A DNA stretch of 64,000 nucleotides from Candidatus Aceula lacicola (GCA_030765785.1 JAVCCC010000050.1:3629-67628); one strand, 5' to 3'; positions 28,156-41,161 are shown, counted from the first letter of the stretch. Notes: generated by a model from the letters alone, not told the origin. Numbers and translations: made by a program.

Positions 28156-31100
28156 TTAAAGTTTCAAACTAATCCGATTCTCCCCCAACAATCCTTTTAA
28201 ATCATCCATCAAAGATTCATTAAGATCAACATAAAGATCTTCGCCAACCAAAATCTGAACACTTTTATGTTCATTGGTATTTAAATGCAAATATACAGGA
28301 ATAGAACCTGGAAAGCGAGATAGCTTTTCTTTTAACGTGCCAAGTCCGCTCTCATTAACACCCGAAAGATCAATGCTAATAGTTTTAACAGCTTCATAGG
28401 CCTGTTTAACATCTTGGATATCACCTGCAATAATTTTTGGCACGGCATCACGAAGACTGACGCGACCCTTCAACACAACCACATCCCCTTCTTTCAGAAG
28501 AGGCACAACAGCAGGATATGTCGACGGAAAGACAACCACCTCAACTTCGCCTTCCATATCTTCAAACTTTAATATCGCCATGCGCTCACCAGTCCTTCGC
28601 GTATTAGTAAGCTTAACTTGACTGATAAGCCCAATAAGTTTGACTTCTTCATTTTCAAGAGCTTTATTTAATTCTTTCGTTGAATAATCTGTAAATTCTT
28701 TAATCTCAATTTGATAATGCGCTAAAGGATGTCCCGATACATAAAACCCAAGCAATTCTTTTTCATCAGACAAAACTTTTCTTTTAGGCCACTCGTCAAT
28801 CTCTGGAAATGTTTCCATATCTTTTTTAAAATCTTCCATCCCTTGCATATCAAAAAATGAAAACTGCCCTGAACTTTTTTCTTTTTGAGCTTTGGCACCA
28901 GACTCAAGTGCATTATCCGCCACAACCATCAACTGCGATCGATGCACACCAAAACAATCAAAAGCACCACACCGAATTAAACTTTCAACAACTTTACGAT
29001 TAACCGTACGAGAATCCACTTGTTTACAGAAATCAAAAATATTTTCGTACGGACCGTCTTTTCGTTTCTCCAAAATCGATTCAATGGCAGCGCCTCCAAT
29101 ATTCTTAACAGCAATCAAACCAAAACGAATAGCATCTTCTCGATCAACACTAAATTCTAATTCACTCGCATTAACATCCGGCGGTAAAATCTTAATGCCC
29201 ATAGCCTCTGACTCTTTAACATACTCAACCACTTTATCTGTATTATCTTTTTCACTGGTTAGAAGCGCACACATAAACTCAATCGGAAAATTAGCCTTAA
29301 GATACGCCGTACGATACGAAATCAATGCATAGGCAGCCGAATGACTTCGGTTAAAACCATAACCAGAAAAATAATCAATCAAATCAAATAATCGATTTGC
29401 CAAAGGTTCTTTGATGTTAGATGTTTTCTTGCAGCCTGCAATAAAATCTCGACGCATTTTATTCATAACATCAGAAATCTTTTTACTCATTGCACGCCTG
29501 AGGTGATCCGCTTGAGTCATGCTAAATCCAGCAAGATCGCTTGCAATTTTCATAACCTGTTCTTGAAAAATAATAATACCGTAAGTTTCCTTCAAAATAG
29601 CCTCGAGCTTAGGATGATCATAATGCACATGGCCACCACTTCTTTTTCGATTAATATAATCATCAAGCATACCGCTTCCAATTGGACCAGGACGATAAAG
29701 CGCCAAAATAGAAATAAGATCCTCAAACTGATTTGGCTTAATACGCTTTAAAAGCTCTCGCATACCAGAACTTTCAAGCTGAAATATACCAAAACTATTT
29801 GCTCGGCTTAAAAGATCATATGTCTTTGGATCACTTGGAGGAAAATCTTCTACAGTCAAATCAATATTACGAATTTTCTTTACAAGTTTAAGCGCCTTAT
29901 CAATAACCGTTAAAGTTTTAAGTCCTAAAAAATCCATCTTTAAAAGACCGATCTTGGCAATACCATCCATAGCATAACCAGTTATAATCTGATCATCACT
30001 CGTCTTAAAAAGCGGAACGTGATCCGTCAACGGCTTATCTGAAATCACAACACCAGCGGCATGCGTAGAAGCATGACGATTAAGCCCTTCTAAAACTTTA
30101 GCCGTCTCAATAAGTTTGGCAGTTTGCTCATCCTCATCACAAAGCTGCTGCAATTGCGGCTCTTTGATGAGCGCGTCAGTAAGTTTGATATTAAGTTCAT
30201 TAGGAATAAGTTTTGCAATCTTATCAACATCCGCATAAGGAACACTCATAACACGCCCAACATCTCTAATTGCAGCGCGCGCTTGCATAGTTCCAAACGT
30301 AATAATTTGTGCCACACTATCTTTACCATATTTATTGGTAACGTATTCAATAACTTCTGGTCGTCTCTCATAACAAAAATCAATATCAATATCAGGCATA
30401 CCAGCGCGATCAGGATTAAGGAATCGCTCAAAAAGAAGACCATATCGAAGTGGATCAAGATCTGTAATTCCAATGAGATAACTAACCACGCTTCCCGCTG
30501 CCGAACCACGACCCGGGCCCACAGGAATACCGTTTTGTTTTGCAAAATGAATAAAATCCCAAACAATCAAAAAGTAACTAACAAAACCCATCTTCTTGAT
30601 AATTTTAAGTTCATGCTCGAGGCGATCGTCAATTTCTTTTGTGCGCTCTTTGTACCGATGAGCAATACCTTGCTCGCAAAGCTCTTCTAAGAATTCCTCT
30701 TTAGATTCTCCAGCAGGTGGAACAAATCTAGGAAGATGAATCTTATTAAATGTAAGCTCAAGATTACATTTTTCTGCAATTTCTAAAGTATTAGAAACCG
30801 CCTCAGGTGCATAGCTAAAAGCCTTTTTCATTTCTTCTGGACTCTTAAAATAAAACTCATCGGTAGACATGCGCATGCGATTAGGATCATCAAGCGTAGT
30901 TTGCGTCTGCACACACAAAAGAGCTTCATGCGCAGATGCTTGTGAACGCTCAAGATAATGCACATCATTTGTTGCAACAACTGGAATGTTTAATTCTTTG
31001 GAAACTTTAAGGAGACCTTCATTAATTTTCTTCTGAACTGGAATACCGTTTTCCATAAGCTCTAAGTAAAAATTGCCTTTGCCCAAGATCTGATGCAATT

Positions 31101-31590
31101 CATCAGCCACTTTCAATGCTTCATTAAAACTCTCATGACGCAAAGCTTGCGCCACCTCTCCTTTAAGACATGCGGATGTGGCCAAAAGACCTTTGGAATA
31201 TTGGGATAAAAGTTCTTTATCAATTCTTGGCTTATAATAAAAACCTTCAATATACGCGAGTGAAACCAGCTTCATCAAATGGCGATATCCCTCTTCGTCT
31301 TTAGCAAACAACACGAGATGGGACATGCCTCTTTTTCCGCTAGAAGGAGATTTATCAAAACGGCTCGCTGGCGCAACATAACATTCACAGCCAATAATAG
31401 GCTTAACACCTAAACGGACAGCCGTCTGATAAAAAGTAATCGCGCCAAACATGTTACCATGGTCGGTAATGCCAAGGGCTGGCATGCGATAATCGGCAGC
31501 TTTTTGAACTAAGTCTTTGATTCGACAGGCACCGTCGAGGAGACTATACTGCGTGTGGACATGAAGATGGACAAAGTCAGAATGATACAT
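28156..31590 (-). CDS. dnaE: DNA polymerase III alpha subunit
   Basis: 1144 aa with a PHP domain (HLHVHTQYSLLDG), polymerase core and OB domain. Confidence 0.95.
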   Translation of the reverse strand: MYHSDFVHLHVHTQYSLLDGACRIKDLVQKAADYRMPALGITDHGNMFGAITFYQTAVRLGVKPIIGCECYVAPASRFDKSPSSGKRGMSHLVLFAKDEEGYRHLMKLVSLAYIEGFYYKPRIDKELLSQYSKGLLATSACLKGEVAQALRHESFNEALKVADELHQILGKGNFYLELMENGIPVQKKINEGLLKVSKELNIPVVATNDVHYLERSQASAHEALLCVQTQTTLDDPNRMRMSTDEFYFKSPEEMKKAFSYAPEAVSNTLEIAEKCNLELTFNKIHLPRFVPPAGESKEEFLEELCEQGIAHRYKERTKEIDDRLEHELKIIKKMGFVSYFLIVWDFIHFAKQNGIPVGPGRGSAAGSVVSYLIGITDLDPLRYGLLFERFLNPDRAGMPDIDIDFCYERRPEVIEYVTNKYGKDSVAQIITFGTMQARAAIRDVGRVMSVPYADVDKIAKLIPNELNIKLTDALIKEPQLQQLCDEDEQTAKLIETAKVLEGLNRHASTHAAGVVISDKPLTDHVPLFKTSDDQIITGYAMDGIAKIGLLKMDFLGLKTLTVIDKALKLVKKIRNIDLTVEDFPPSDPKTYDLLSRANSFGIFQLESSGMRELLKRIKPNQFEDLISILALYRPGPIGSGMLDDYINRKRSGGHVHYDHPKLEAILKETYGIIIFQEQVMKIASDLAGFSMTQADHLRRAMSKKISDVMNKMRRDFIAGCKKTSNIKEPLANRLFDLIDYFSGYGFNRSHSAAYALISYRTAYLKANFPIEFMCALLTSEKDNTDKVVEYVKESEAMGIKILPPDVNASELEFSVDREDAIRFGLIAVKNIGGAAIESILEKRKDGPYENIFDFCKQVDSRTVNRKVVESLIRCGAFDCFGVHRSQLMVVADNALESGAKAQKEKSSGQFSFFDMQGMEDFKKDMETFPEIDEWPKRKVLSDEKELLGFYVSGHPLAHYQIEIKEFTDYSTKELNKALENEEVKLIGLISQVKLTNTRRTGERMAILKFEDMEGEVEVVVFPSTYPAVVPLLKEGDVVVLKGRVSLRDAVPKIIAGDIQDVKQAYEAVKTISIDLSGVNESGLGTLKEKLSRFPGSIPVYLHLNTNEHKSVQILVGEDLYVDLNESLMDDLKGLLGENRISLKL

Positions 31591-31634
31591 TGTGCAATAT
31601 GGAAATTATAATTTCTTAAAAAAATTTTAAGAAA

Positions 31635-33179
31635 TTATTCCCATTCGATAGTCGCAGGAGGTTTAGAGCTTACGTCATAAACAACGCGATTAATACCTGG
31701 CACTTCATTGATGATGCGATTAGAAATCTTTGCTAATAAATCATGCGGTAGCGGAACCCAGTCTGCCGTCATGCCGTCAAGACTTGTGACAGCACGAATC
31801 GCAATCGCGTTTTCATATGTTCTCTTGTCACCCATAACGCCAACAGACTTAATCGGAAGCAGAACAGCGAACGATTGCCAAATTTGATCGTAAAGCCCTG
31901 CTTTTCTAATCTCTTCTAAAACGCGATCATCTGCTTCACGCAGAGTATCTAGTCGTTCTCTGGTGACCTCGCCTACAATACGGATCGCGAGACCTGGGCC
32001 TGGAAACGGCTGTCTCTTAATAATGTTCTCTGGAACACCCAAATATTTTCCGATTTGACGAACTTCGTCTTTAAACAATTCTCGAAAAGGCTCAATAAGT
32101 TTTAGCTTCATCCTCTTAGGAAGCCCACCAACATTATGATGACTTTTGATTGTAGCCGATGGACCGCCTGTCGGCGAAATAGATTCAATGACATCTGGAT
32201 AAAGTGTTCCCTGGCCTAAAAATTTCACTTTCTTGCTTCGAGAAGAAGAATCCTGAAAAACTTTAATAAATTCATCACCGATAATCTTTCGTTTTTGTTC
32301 TGGATCAGTCACATTTTTTAAACGATTTAGAAAACGCTTCTGTGCGTCAACGCATGACAAATTCATTTTAAAATGTGTCTTAAATGTTTTTTCAACATGA
32401 GAGGCTTCATTCTTACGTAGAAGTCCGTTATCAACAAAAACACAGCTTAATTTTTTCCCAATCGCTTGATTAATTAAAACAGCCGCAACAGATGAATCAA
32501 CTCCACCGCTTAAGCCCATGACAACTTTTTCATCTTTAACAAGAGCTTTAATTTCCTTAATCTTTTCTTTAACAAGCTTGTCCATGGTCCAGCGTGGAAG
32601 ACACCCGCACACCTGAAACAAAAAGTTAGCTATAATTTGATGTCCGCGTTGAGTATGAACGACCTCTGGATGGAATTGAACACCATAAATTTTCTTTGGA
32701 ATATTCGCAATCGCTGCATGTGGCGTTGACAATGTGTGTGCAATGGAACGAAATCCTGCCGGTATCTTTTTAATTTCATCGCCGTGACTCATCCATGATG
32801 TTAAATTGCTCGGGAGATTGAAAAAAACTCCTCTAGGGCTGTCCACAAAAAGTTCCGCACGCCCATATTCTCTTTCATTGGTTTTCTTGACCTTTCCTCC
32901 AAATATATGAGTAATTAACTGCGCACCATAACAAATACCTAATATAGGAATTTTTAATTTGAAGATTTCTTTATTAGGCAAGGGAGCGCCTTTGTCATAT
33001 ACACTTAAAGGCCCGCCAGAGAGCACGATTCCTTTTGGTTTCATTTCTAAGATTTCATCAATGGAAATATTATAAGGAACAATCTTGCTAAAAACCTTAC
33101 TTTCACGAATACGCCTCGCAATAAGCTGTGTGTATTGTGATCCAAAATCTAAAACTAAAACAATGTCCTTATTCTTCAT
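31635..33179 (-). CDS. guaA: GMP synthase (glutamine-hydrolysing)
   Basis: GATase N-terminus (GICYGAQL) and a GMPS ATP-PPase (SGGVDSSV) with a C-terminal dimerisation domain ending ...IEWE. Confidence 0.95.
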   Translation of the reverse strand: MKNKDIVLVLDFGSQYTQLIARRIRESKVFSKIVPYNISIDEILEMKPKGIVLSGGPLSVYDKGAPLPNKEIFKLKIPILGICYGAQLITHIFGGKVKKTNEREYGRAELFVDSPRGVFFNLPSNLTSWMSHGDEIKKIPAGFRSIAHTLSTPHAAIANIPKKIYGVQFHPEVVHTQRGHQIIANFLFQVCGCLPRWTMDKLVKEKIKEIKALVKDEKVVMGLSGGVDSSVAAVLINQAIGKKLSCVFVDNGLLRKNEASHVEKTFKTHFKMNLSCVDAQKRFLNRLKNVTDPEQKRKIIGDEFIKVFQDSSSRSKKVKFLGQGTLYPDVIESISPTGGPSATIKSHHNVGGLPKRMKLKLIEPFRELFKDEVRQIGKYLGVPENIIKRQPFPGPGLAIRIVGEVTRERLDTLREADDRVLEEIRKAGLYDQIWQSFAVLLPIKSVGVMGDKRTYENAIAIRAVTSLDGMTADWVPLPHDLLAKISNRIINEVPGINRVVYDVSSKPPATIEWE

Positions 33180-33200
33180 TAAAATTCCTCGATTCTTTGA

Positions 33201-34403
33201 TTATTTACCCATACCAATTTTTTGGCCAATCTGAAAAACTTTGCCCTCTGTCTGAATAGATGGAGCAATAATAATTTCTACATCATTCATCTCTTTAATA
33301 TTTTTTGCACCTAAAGAACCCATGGATGTTTTTAATGCGCCAACAAGATTTTGTGAACCATCATCAACTTTAGCCGGCCCAATAAGAATTTGCTTTAAAG
33401 TTCCAGTTGTTCCAACGCGAACACGCGTCCCTCTTGGAAGATTAGCATTCGGCGTTGCCATACCCCAATGACATCCACCGCCTGGAGCCTCTTTTGCTCT
33501 AGCAAAAGCAGAGCCAACCATAACCGCATCCGCACCAGCAGCAAAGGCTTTACAAATCTCGCCTCCAATACGCATACCACCATCTGTGATGATTGGAATA
33601 TATTTACCATGACGTGTATAAAAATGATCCCGCGCAGCAGCACTATCTACTGTCGATGTAATTTGCGGAACACCGATACCTAAAACACCACGTGTCGTAC
33701 AAGCCGCTCCTGGACCAATGCCAACCAAAAGCGCATCGATGCCCTGCTCCATCAACTCAAGAGCAACGTCGTAAGTAACGCTGTTTCCGATAATAACTGA
33801 CATCTTTGTGGATTTACAGAATTTATTGATATCTAAAACTTTATATTCGCTAGAAATGTGATCGACTGTCGCAACTGTAGACTGAACAACAAATACATCA
33901 CAACCTGCTTCTTGAGCGATAGCGCCAAATCGTTTAGCATTTTGAGGAATACAGCTAACAAATGCTGGCACTTTGGCTTTCTTAATTTGCTCAACGCGTT
34001 TAGCAATTAATTTTTCTTTAATAGGAGGTAAATAAAGATTTTGAACTAATTTTGTGGCTTCATCAGCAGAAACATTAGAAATTTGACTAAGAACTTCTTT
34101 TGGATTTTCATATCGAGTTTGAACGCCATCAAGATTTAAAACCGCAATTCCGCCTAATTTACCCATAGAAATCGCAAAATCAACATCTACAACCCCATCC
34201 ATCGCAGCAGCCAAAATCGGAATTTTAAACTTCATTTTCCCTAATTTCCAGCTAATATCAACCTCATTTGGGTTAACCGTAGTGCGTCCAGGCACCAAAG
34301 CAACCTCATCAAACCCATAACAACGTCTTCCTCTTCGTCCAATCCCTATCCATTCAGCCATTTTATGTAACCTCCTTGAATATATATATTTTGATGCCTT
34401 CAA
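33201..34403 (-). CDS. IMP dehydrogenase/GMP reductase family protein lacking the CBS pair (probable guaB)
   Basis: TIM barrel with a catalytic Cys loop ([11 protein letters not shown]) and a GGG flap; 400 aa. Sits directly upstream of guaA. Confidence 0.75.
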   Translation of the reverse strand: MKASKYIYSRRLHKMAEWIGIGRRGRRCYGFDEVALVPGRTTVNPNEVDISWKLGKMKFKIPILAAAMDGVVDVDFAISMGKLGGIAVLNLDGVQTRYENPKEVLSQISNVSADEATKLVQNLYLPPIKEKLIAKRVEQIKKAKVPAFVSCIPQNAKRFGAIAQEAGCDVFVVQSTVATVDHISSEYKVLDINKFCKSTKMSVIIGNSVTYDVALELMEQGIDALLVGIGPGAACTTRGVLGIGVPQITSTVDSAAARDHFYTRHGKYIPIITDGGMRIGGEICKAFAAGADAVMVGSAFARAKEAPGGGCHWGMATPNANLPRGTRVRVGTTGTLKQILIGPAKVDDGSQNLVGALKTSMGSLGAKNIKEMNDVEIIIAPSIQTEGKVFQIGQKIGMGK

Positions 34404-34434
34404 TAGACAATTTTTATAAACTTAGAAACATATA

Positions 34435-34462
34435 ATATACTTATATTAATCTTAAATGTCAA
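34435..34462 (-). promoter_or_regulatory. putative sigma-70 promoter (TTGACA-N17-TATATT) for the guaB-like/guaA operon
   Basis: On the minus strand: TTGACA (plus coordinates 34457-34462), a 17-nt spacer, then TATATT, about 75 nt upstream of the ATG. The ATG is preceded by AAGGAGG. Confidence 0.4.
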
Positions 34463-34488
34463 TATAAAAATATAATAGATAAGAAAAT

Positions 34489-34516
34489 GGGCAAGGGTCT
34501 CTTAGGACCCTTGCCC
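34489..34516 (-). terminator. groESL rho-independent terminator (GGGCAAGGGTC-loop-GACCCTTGCCC, then AUUUUCUUAUC)
   Basis: 11-bp GC stem 50 nt downstream of the groEL stop, with a U-rich tract on the minus strand. Confidence 0.8.
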
Positions 34517-34566
34517 ACATTATTTTCTATAAAAATAGATGTTTTTTGCGTTTATTTTAAACGCAA

Positions 34567-36216
<1,650 letters not shown>

Positions 36217-36234
36217 TTAAATTAATTAATTGAA

Positions 36235-36528
36235 TTACTTTTTGAAAACTGCTAAAACGTCTTCTTCTCGCATAATCAAAAGATCTTCATCTTCTTTAGT
36301 CTTAATCTCTGTTCCGCTGTACTTACCATACAAAACGCGATCACCTTCTTTAATCTCCATCGCTTGAATACTACCGTTATCAAGCATTTTGCCTTTTCCA
36401 ACAGCAATCACTTTACCTTCTTGCGGCTTTTCTTTTGCTGAATCAGGAAGAATGATTCCTCCCTTTGTTTTTTCCTCTGCCTCAAGTGGCTTAACAATAA
36501 TTCTGTCTGCCAATGGTTTGAGTTGCAT
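36235..36528 (-). CDS. groES: co-chaperonin GroES
   Basis: 97 aa with the mobile loop ([24 protein letters not shown]). Confidence 0.95.
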   Translation of the reverse strand: MQLKPLADRIIVKPLEAEEKTKGGIILPDSAKEKPQEGKVIAVGKGKMLDNGSIQAMEIKEGDRVLYGKYSGTEIKTKEDEDLLIMREEDVLAVFKK

Positions 36529-36603
36529 TGCGACACCTCCTTTAAATTGTGTATCTTGTTATATAGCTTGAATTTTCATTCTTCTAAGAATTTAAATTCA
36601 AAA

Positions 36604-36630
36604 TTAGCACTTACCATCTAAGAGTGCTAT
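36604..36630. promoter_or_regulatory. CIRCE operator (HrcA binding site): TTAGCACTT-N9-GAGTGCTAT
   Basis: 16 of 18 positions match the CIRCE consensus TTAGCACTC-N9-GAGTGCTAA. It lies about 75 nt upstream of groES and directly abuts the predicted -10. Confidence 0.85.
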
Positions 36631-36656
36631 TATGCAAACTTTTAAAAAAATGTCAA
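36628..36656 (-). promoter_or_regulatory. groESL sigma-70 promoter (TTGACA-N16/17-CATAAT/ATAATA)
   Basis: Minus-strand TTGACA (plus coordinates 36651-36656) with an ATAATA/CATAAT -10 immediately upstream of CIRCE. Confidence 0.6.
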
Positions 36657-36689
36657 GATTTTTTTAAAAATGCTTTTAAAAGACTAGGA

Positions 36690-37490
36690 TTACAATTTAG
36701 ATCGGAAGGTTAACAGCATGCCTTTAAAAACGATCTTATCGTCGATAGCATCAACTTTTTTATGCAAAAACTTCTTCATCAATTTAGCATGTCCACCGGT
36801 TAAAATAATACGAGGTTTTTTCTTGAGTTCTTTTGAAATTCTTAAAATAAGCCCATCTAAAAGAGCTCCATATCCATGAAAAATTCCACTTAAAATGCTT
36901 TCATTCGTGGTGCGGCCAATTAAGGATTTTGGCCGCGCAATCTTAACATTTGGTAAAAGCGCAGTGTTTCTAAAAAGTGATTGTGCCGTTAAATGAATTC
37001 CGGGTACGATAATGCCTCCTCGATACCCTCCCTGACAAGATACAATATCAACAGTAATCGCGGTTCCCAAATCAATAACAATCGCTGGGCATCCATATAG
37101 TTCGCGAGCCGCATACCCGCAAATCAATCGATCTTGACCAACTTGTCGAGGCCTCTGATAACAGTTCTTAATTGGAACTTTAAGACTTTTGCCGACAATG
37201 AGAGGCGCTTGACATAGCTCTTTCTTTAAAATAGCTGTTACCAAAATTGACATCTTTGGCACAACGCTACAAACAATACTTTGATCTAATTTCTTGTACT
37301 TTTTCTTAGCTTTTGTAATAGCAGTTAAAAATGTTTTCTTAAATAACGGCTTAGACAGTCTCGTCTCAATAGATGCATGCAAAACAATTTTATTTTTCTT
37401 TACAATCGCGATCGCTGCAGAAGTGTTTCCGATATCGACTAATAATAAATTTTTTTTCACCCTACAAAGCCTCCAAAGCTGTTTTGGCAT
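36690..37490 (-). CDS. coaX: type III pantothenate kinase
   Basis: LLLVDIGNTS N-terminal motif on an ASKHA fold. The real start is probably near VKKNLLLV, which would avoid overlap with the upstream gene. Confidence 0.85.
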   Translation of the reverse strand: MPKQLWRLCRVKKNLLLVDIGNTSAAIAIVKKNKIVLHASIETRLSKPLFKKTFLTAITKAKKKYKKLDQSIVCSVVPKMSILVTAILKKELCQAPLIVGKSLKVPIKNCYQRPRQVGQDRLICGYAARELYGCPAIVIDLGTAITVDIVSCQGGYRGGIIVPGIHLTAQSLFRNTALLPNVKIARPKSLIGRTTNESILSGIFHGYGALLDGLILRISKELKKKPRIILTGGHAKLMKKFLHKKVDAIDDKIVFKGMLLTFRSKL

Positions 37491-39201
37491 TTACTAAACC
37501 AGGGTCAATCTCAAGCGCTTTTTCAAGAAGTTCTCTTGCTTTGCCCTGCTGATTTTTCTTTTGATACACCAAACCTAAACCATAATAACCCCAAGAATAA
37601 TTTTTGTCTACGAAATTGACTTCTTCAAAATATTTTGCCGCCTCATCATATTGACCTAAAAAATAATATGTAATGCCAACATTGTAGAGCGTTTTAACAT
37701 CTTGAAAATTTAATACAAGTGCGGCTTTAAAATGCTCTAGTGCTTTTATGTGTTCATTTTGAAGTCCATAAAATTTCCCGATACTGTTTTGAATACGAAG
37801 CTCTGGCGCTTCAGGATACTCAAGCGCTTTAAGATAAGATTTAAGGGCCTTGTCATTATATTCTTCACCATAAAAATGATATGCATCAGCTAAATATAAA
37901 TGCGGACGATAGCTTCCAGGTGTTTTTTTAATCGTATCTGCCCAAAGCGTAATATCATTTTTCCAGACATAATTTCGCGCAACAGTTTTTTGTGCATACA
38001 ACACAAATATAATCAAAAATCCCAAGATTACAAGCAATCGTGTTTGCCTCTCATTTGAATTCTTAAAAGAAGTCGCTGCCTTATAAAGAAGAAATCCCAC
38101 AAAAAAACAATATGCCACAGAGGGAAAATACATAAACCGCTCTGAAAAAAGTCCTCCAATTGGAATGATGTTAGAAATCATAATGCTACTTATAAAAAAC
38201 CATCCGATAAAAAAGGACACAGCCGGGCTTCTTTTGGCAAACACCACAGCGTACAAGATTAAAAATAAGACAGAAAAAACAGACACAAAAATTTTAACCA
38301 CCGTCAAGCTAATGACGGGATCAATTAAATAAAATGCAGTCAAATTTGCTGGAAAAACTAAAATAAAGAAATACTTTAAAAACGTATAAAAAATGGTAGC
38401 CACATGATCCAAAATACCGCTGCTAGCCATAATATTAAACTCAAGATTCATATTCCAAAATCCTAACGCTGTTTGTTTTCCGAATACAAGAAATCGCAAA
38501 AGAATATAAAATACAGCTGGTGTGATTAGAAATAAATATAGCTTCCATTTTTTCAGAATTCTTGAGACTGAGTAACTTGAACAAAAATAGAAATCATATA
38601 GAGCAAAAATTCCAGGCAAAATAATTGCTTCTTCTTTTGAGAACACAGAAAGCAAAAAAAGTATAGCAGACAAAATGATATATTTCATTTTACGCATGGA
38701 GTCACTCTTAATAAATGCCCAAAACGAAAAAAGCGCAAGAAACGATGCTAAGATACCCATATAATTAAAAATCGGCGCTACTGCCTCGACATGAATAGGA
38801 TGAACAGCAAAAATTAAAGAAGATAAAAACGGCACAAAGAAATTCTTAGCAATTTGCTTAATAATAAGAAAAACCAAAAAACAATTTAAAAAATGAATAA
38901 TTACGCTCATCAAATGAAAACCAAACGCATTTAATCCCCAAAGCTTATAATTTAAAACTAAAAAAATCATCGAGACTGGACGATAATATCCACTTGGCTT
39001 TTCTATCGGCGTCATAACCGCAACGTCAGTTAAAAGAAAATCTTTTAAATTCCCTAAATCTCGGATGTAGTGATTGTCTAAAATTAAATAATGATCGTCG
39101 TAGGAATAATCGTTAAAAAGCGCATTGCCAAAAATCAGAAATACAGCAGCTGCCAGAATGAAGAAAACAAAAATGTTACTCTTTAGAAACGAATGATTCA
39201 T
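37462..39201 (-). CDS. GT-C fold membrane glycosyltransferase-like protein (TMTC/PMT/DUF1736-like) with C-terminal TPR repeats
   Basis: 579 aa. The first periplasmic loop carries FNDYSYDDHYLILDNHYI (DD motif), followed by more than 10 TM segments and C-terminal TPRs. Confidence 0.6.
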   Translation of the reverse strand: MNHSFLKSNIFVFFILAAAVFLIFGNALFNDYSYDDHYLILDNHYIRDLGNLKDFLLTDVAVMTPIEKPSGYYRPVSMIFLVLNYKLWGLNAFGFHLMSVIIHFLNCFLVFLIIKQIAKNFFVPFLSSLIFAVHPIHVEAVAPIFNYMGILASFLALFSFWAFIKSDSMRKMKYIILSAILFLLSVFSKEEAIILPGIFALYDFYFCSSYSVSRILKKWKLYLFLITPAVFYILLRFLVFGKQTALGFWNMNLEFNIMASSGILDHVATIFYTFLKYFFILVFPANLTAFYLIDPVISLTVVKIFVSVFSVLFLILYAVVFAKRSPAVSFFIGWFFISSIMISNIIPIGGLFSERFMYFPSVAYCFFVGFLLYKAATSFKNSNERQTRLLVILGFLIIFVLYAQKTVARNYVWKNDITLWADTIKKTPGSYRPHLYLADAYHFYGEEYNDKALKSYLKALEYPEAPELRIQNSIGKFYGLQNEHIKALEHFKAALVLNFQDVKTLYNVGITYYFLGQYDEAAKYFEEVNFVDKNYSWGYYGLGLVYQKKNQQGKARELLEKALEIDPGLVNAKTALEAL

Positions 39202-41161
39202 TTGCCTTCAGCTCCTTTATCTTATCTCGAATTAACGCAGCTTTCTCAAAAAGTAAATTACGCGCTGCCAAATCCATATCTCGCTCAAGATCGGCGATCA
39301 AGTTTGAAAAACTATGTTGCTCTTGATCTTGACCAGAAACATCCAAAACCATCTTTTCTGCCTTGCTAAACTCTTCAATTCCTTTTTGAATTTCTTTTTT
39401 AATTGTTTGAGGTTCAATGTTATTTTTTTTATTAAAAGCCGTTTGAATCTGTCTTCGTCGATCGCTTTCCTGCATAGTTGCTTTCATGGCAGCACTAATT
39501 TTATCTGCATACATAATGACCTTGCCGTTCACGTTTCGCGCCGCTCTTCCAGAAACCTGGATAAGCGATTTCTCAGAACGCAAAAATCCTTGCTTGTCTG
39601 CATCCAAAATCGCAACCAATGAAACCTCAGGAAGATCGAGCCCTTCTCTTAATAAATTAACGCCAACTAAGCAATCAAAATTCTTCATACGAAGATTTTG
39701 TAAAATCTTTACACGATCAATCGTCTCAATATCACAATGCATATATTTTACCTTAATTTCTTTTTTCTCAAGATAACTTGTCAAATCTTCTGACATTTGC
39801 TTAGTCAGCGTCGTAACTAAAACTCGCTCATTTTGCTTAGCCCTCATTTGAATTTCTTTGGCCAGATCATCGACTTGGCCTTCCGTAGGTCTAACATCAA
39901 TCGGAGGATCAACAATTCCCGTAGGACGGATAATCTGCTCAACAATTTCGCCCTTACTCTCTTTGGTCTCAAACGTACCGGGTGTCGCTGAAACGTAAAT
40001 TCTTTGGCCTATGATATCACAAAATTCTTTGAATTTTAGTGGACGATTATCCAAACATGATGGTAAACGAAACCCATGCTCCACCAATGTTTTTTTACGC
40101 GAACGATCCCCTTCGTACATACCGTTCAGCTGTGGAATCGTGACATGAGACTCATCAATAATAACTAAAAAATCTTTTGGAAAATAATCTAAAAGTGTAT
40201 ACGGACGGCTCCCTTGCGGCCGATCAGAAAGCAACCTTGAATAATTTTCAATTCCATGACAATATCCCGCTTCCCTTAACATTTCCATGTCATAGCGTGT
40301 GCGAGAATTGAGACGTTGCGCTTCTAAAAGCTTCCCCTTTTTCTTTAAAACTTTAAACTGATCTTCAAGCTCTTCTTCAATTCGCACAATACCAGATTCG
40401 ATTGCATCTTGCGACATCACAAAATGTTTAGCAGGATAAATAACAATCTTTTCTAAATTCAAAAGCACATCCCCTGTCACAGGATCAATTTGAGAAATCT
40501 TTTCAATCTCATCTCCAAAAAACTGAATACGAAGAGCATCTCTTCGATAAGCCGGAAAAACTTCAACCACATCGCCTCTAACGCGAAACTTTCCGCGAGA
40601 AAATTCATAATCATTTCGCTCGTATTGAATATCGACGAGCTTCATCAAGAACTCATCGCGATCCATTTCCTGATTTTTCTCAAGACAAAATAAAAAATCT
40701 TTATATTCTTGTGGAGAACCCAGATTATAAATGCACGAAACGCTAGAAACCACTATCGTGTCACGACGAGACATCAAAGATGTTGTCGCCGATAATCTTA
40801 ACTGATCAAGCTGATCATTAATAGACGCATCTTTTTCAATATAAACATCTGTTTGAGGAATATACGCTTCAGGTTGATAATAATCGTAATAGCTAACAAA
40901 ATATTCGACGGCATTATCGGGGAAAAAATCTTTAAACTCACCATAGAGTTGCGCAGCGAGTGTTTTGTTGTGGGAAATAACTAAAATAGGACGATTGACT
41001 TTTTCGATAACATTAGCAAGCGTAAAAGTTTTTCCGCTTCCCGTTACACCCAAAAGAACTTGGGCGCCTATGCCATCTTGGAGACTTATACTTAAAGCCT
41101 TGGTCGCCTTTTCCTGTTCGACAACAGGACGAAACCGACTTTTTAAAACAAATTGATCCAT
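39176..41161 (-). CDS. uvrB: excinuclease ABC subunit B
   Basis: 661 aa with Walker A GVTGSGKT, helicase motifs, and a C-terminal UvrB/UvrC interaction domain (FEKAALIRDKIKEL). Confidence 0.95.
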   Translation of the reverse strand: MDQFVLKSRFRPVVEQEKATKALSISLQDGIGAQVLLGVTGSGKTFTLANVIEKVNRPILVISHNKTLAAQLYGEFKDFFPDNAVEYFVSYYDYYQPEAYIPQTDVYIEKDASINDQLDQLRLSATTSLMSRRDTIVVSSVSCIYNLGSPQEYKDFLFCLEKNQEMDRDEFLMKLVDIQYERNDYEFSRGKFRVRGDVVEVFPAYRRDALRIQFFGDEIEKISQIDPVTGDVLLNLEKIVIYPAKHFVMSQDAIESGIVRIEEELEDQFKVLKKKGKLLEAQRLNSRTRYDMEMLREAGYCHGIENYSRLLSDRPQGSRPYTLLDYFPKDFLVIIDESHVTIPQLNGMYEGDRSRKKTLVEHGFRLPSCLDNRPLKFKEFCDIIGQRIYVSATPGTFETKESKGEIVEQIIRPTGIVDPPIDVRPTEGQVDDLAKEIQMRAKQNERVLVTTLTKQMSEDLTSYLEKKEIKVKYMHCDIETIDRVKILQNLRMKNFDCLVGVNLLREGLDLPEVSLVAILDADKQGFLRSEKSLIQVSGRAARNVNGKVIMYADKISAAMKATMQESDRRRQIQTAFNKKNNIEPQTIKKEIQKGIEEFSKAEKMVLDVSGQDQEQHSFSNLIADLERDMDLAARNLLFEKAALIRDKIKELKANESFVSKE

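Noticed and set aside
28892-30690. Plus-strand ORFs of 146 and 188 aa (28892-29332 and 30124-30690) inside dnaE
   Set aside because: They are antisense to a strongly supported dnaE coding region. Their products are low-complexity and Ser/Asn/Ile-rich with no domain. They are typical shadow ORFs in AT-rich DNA.
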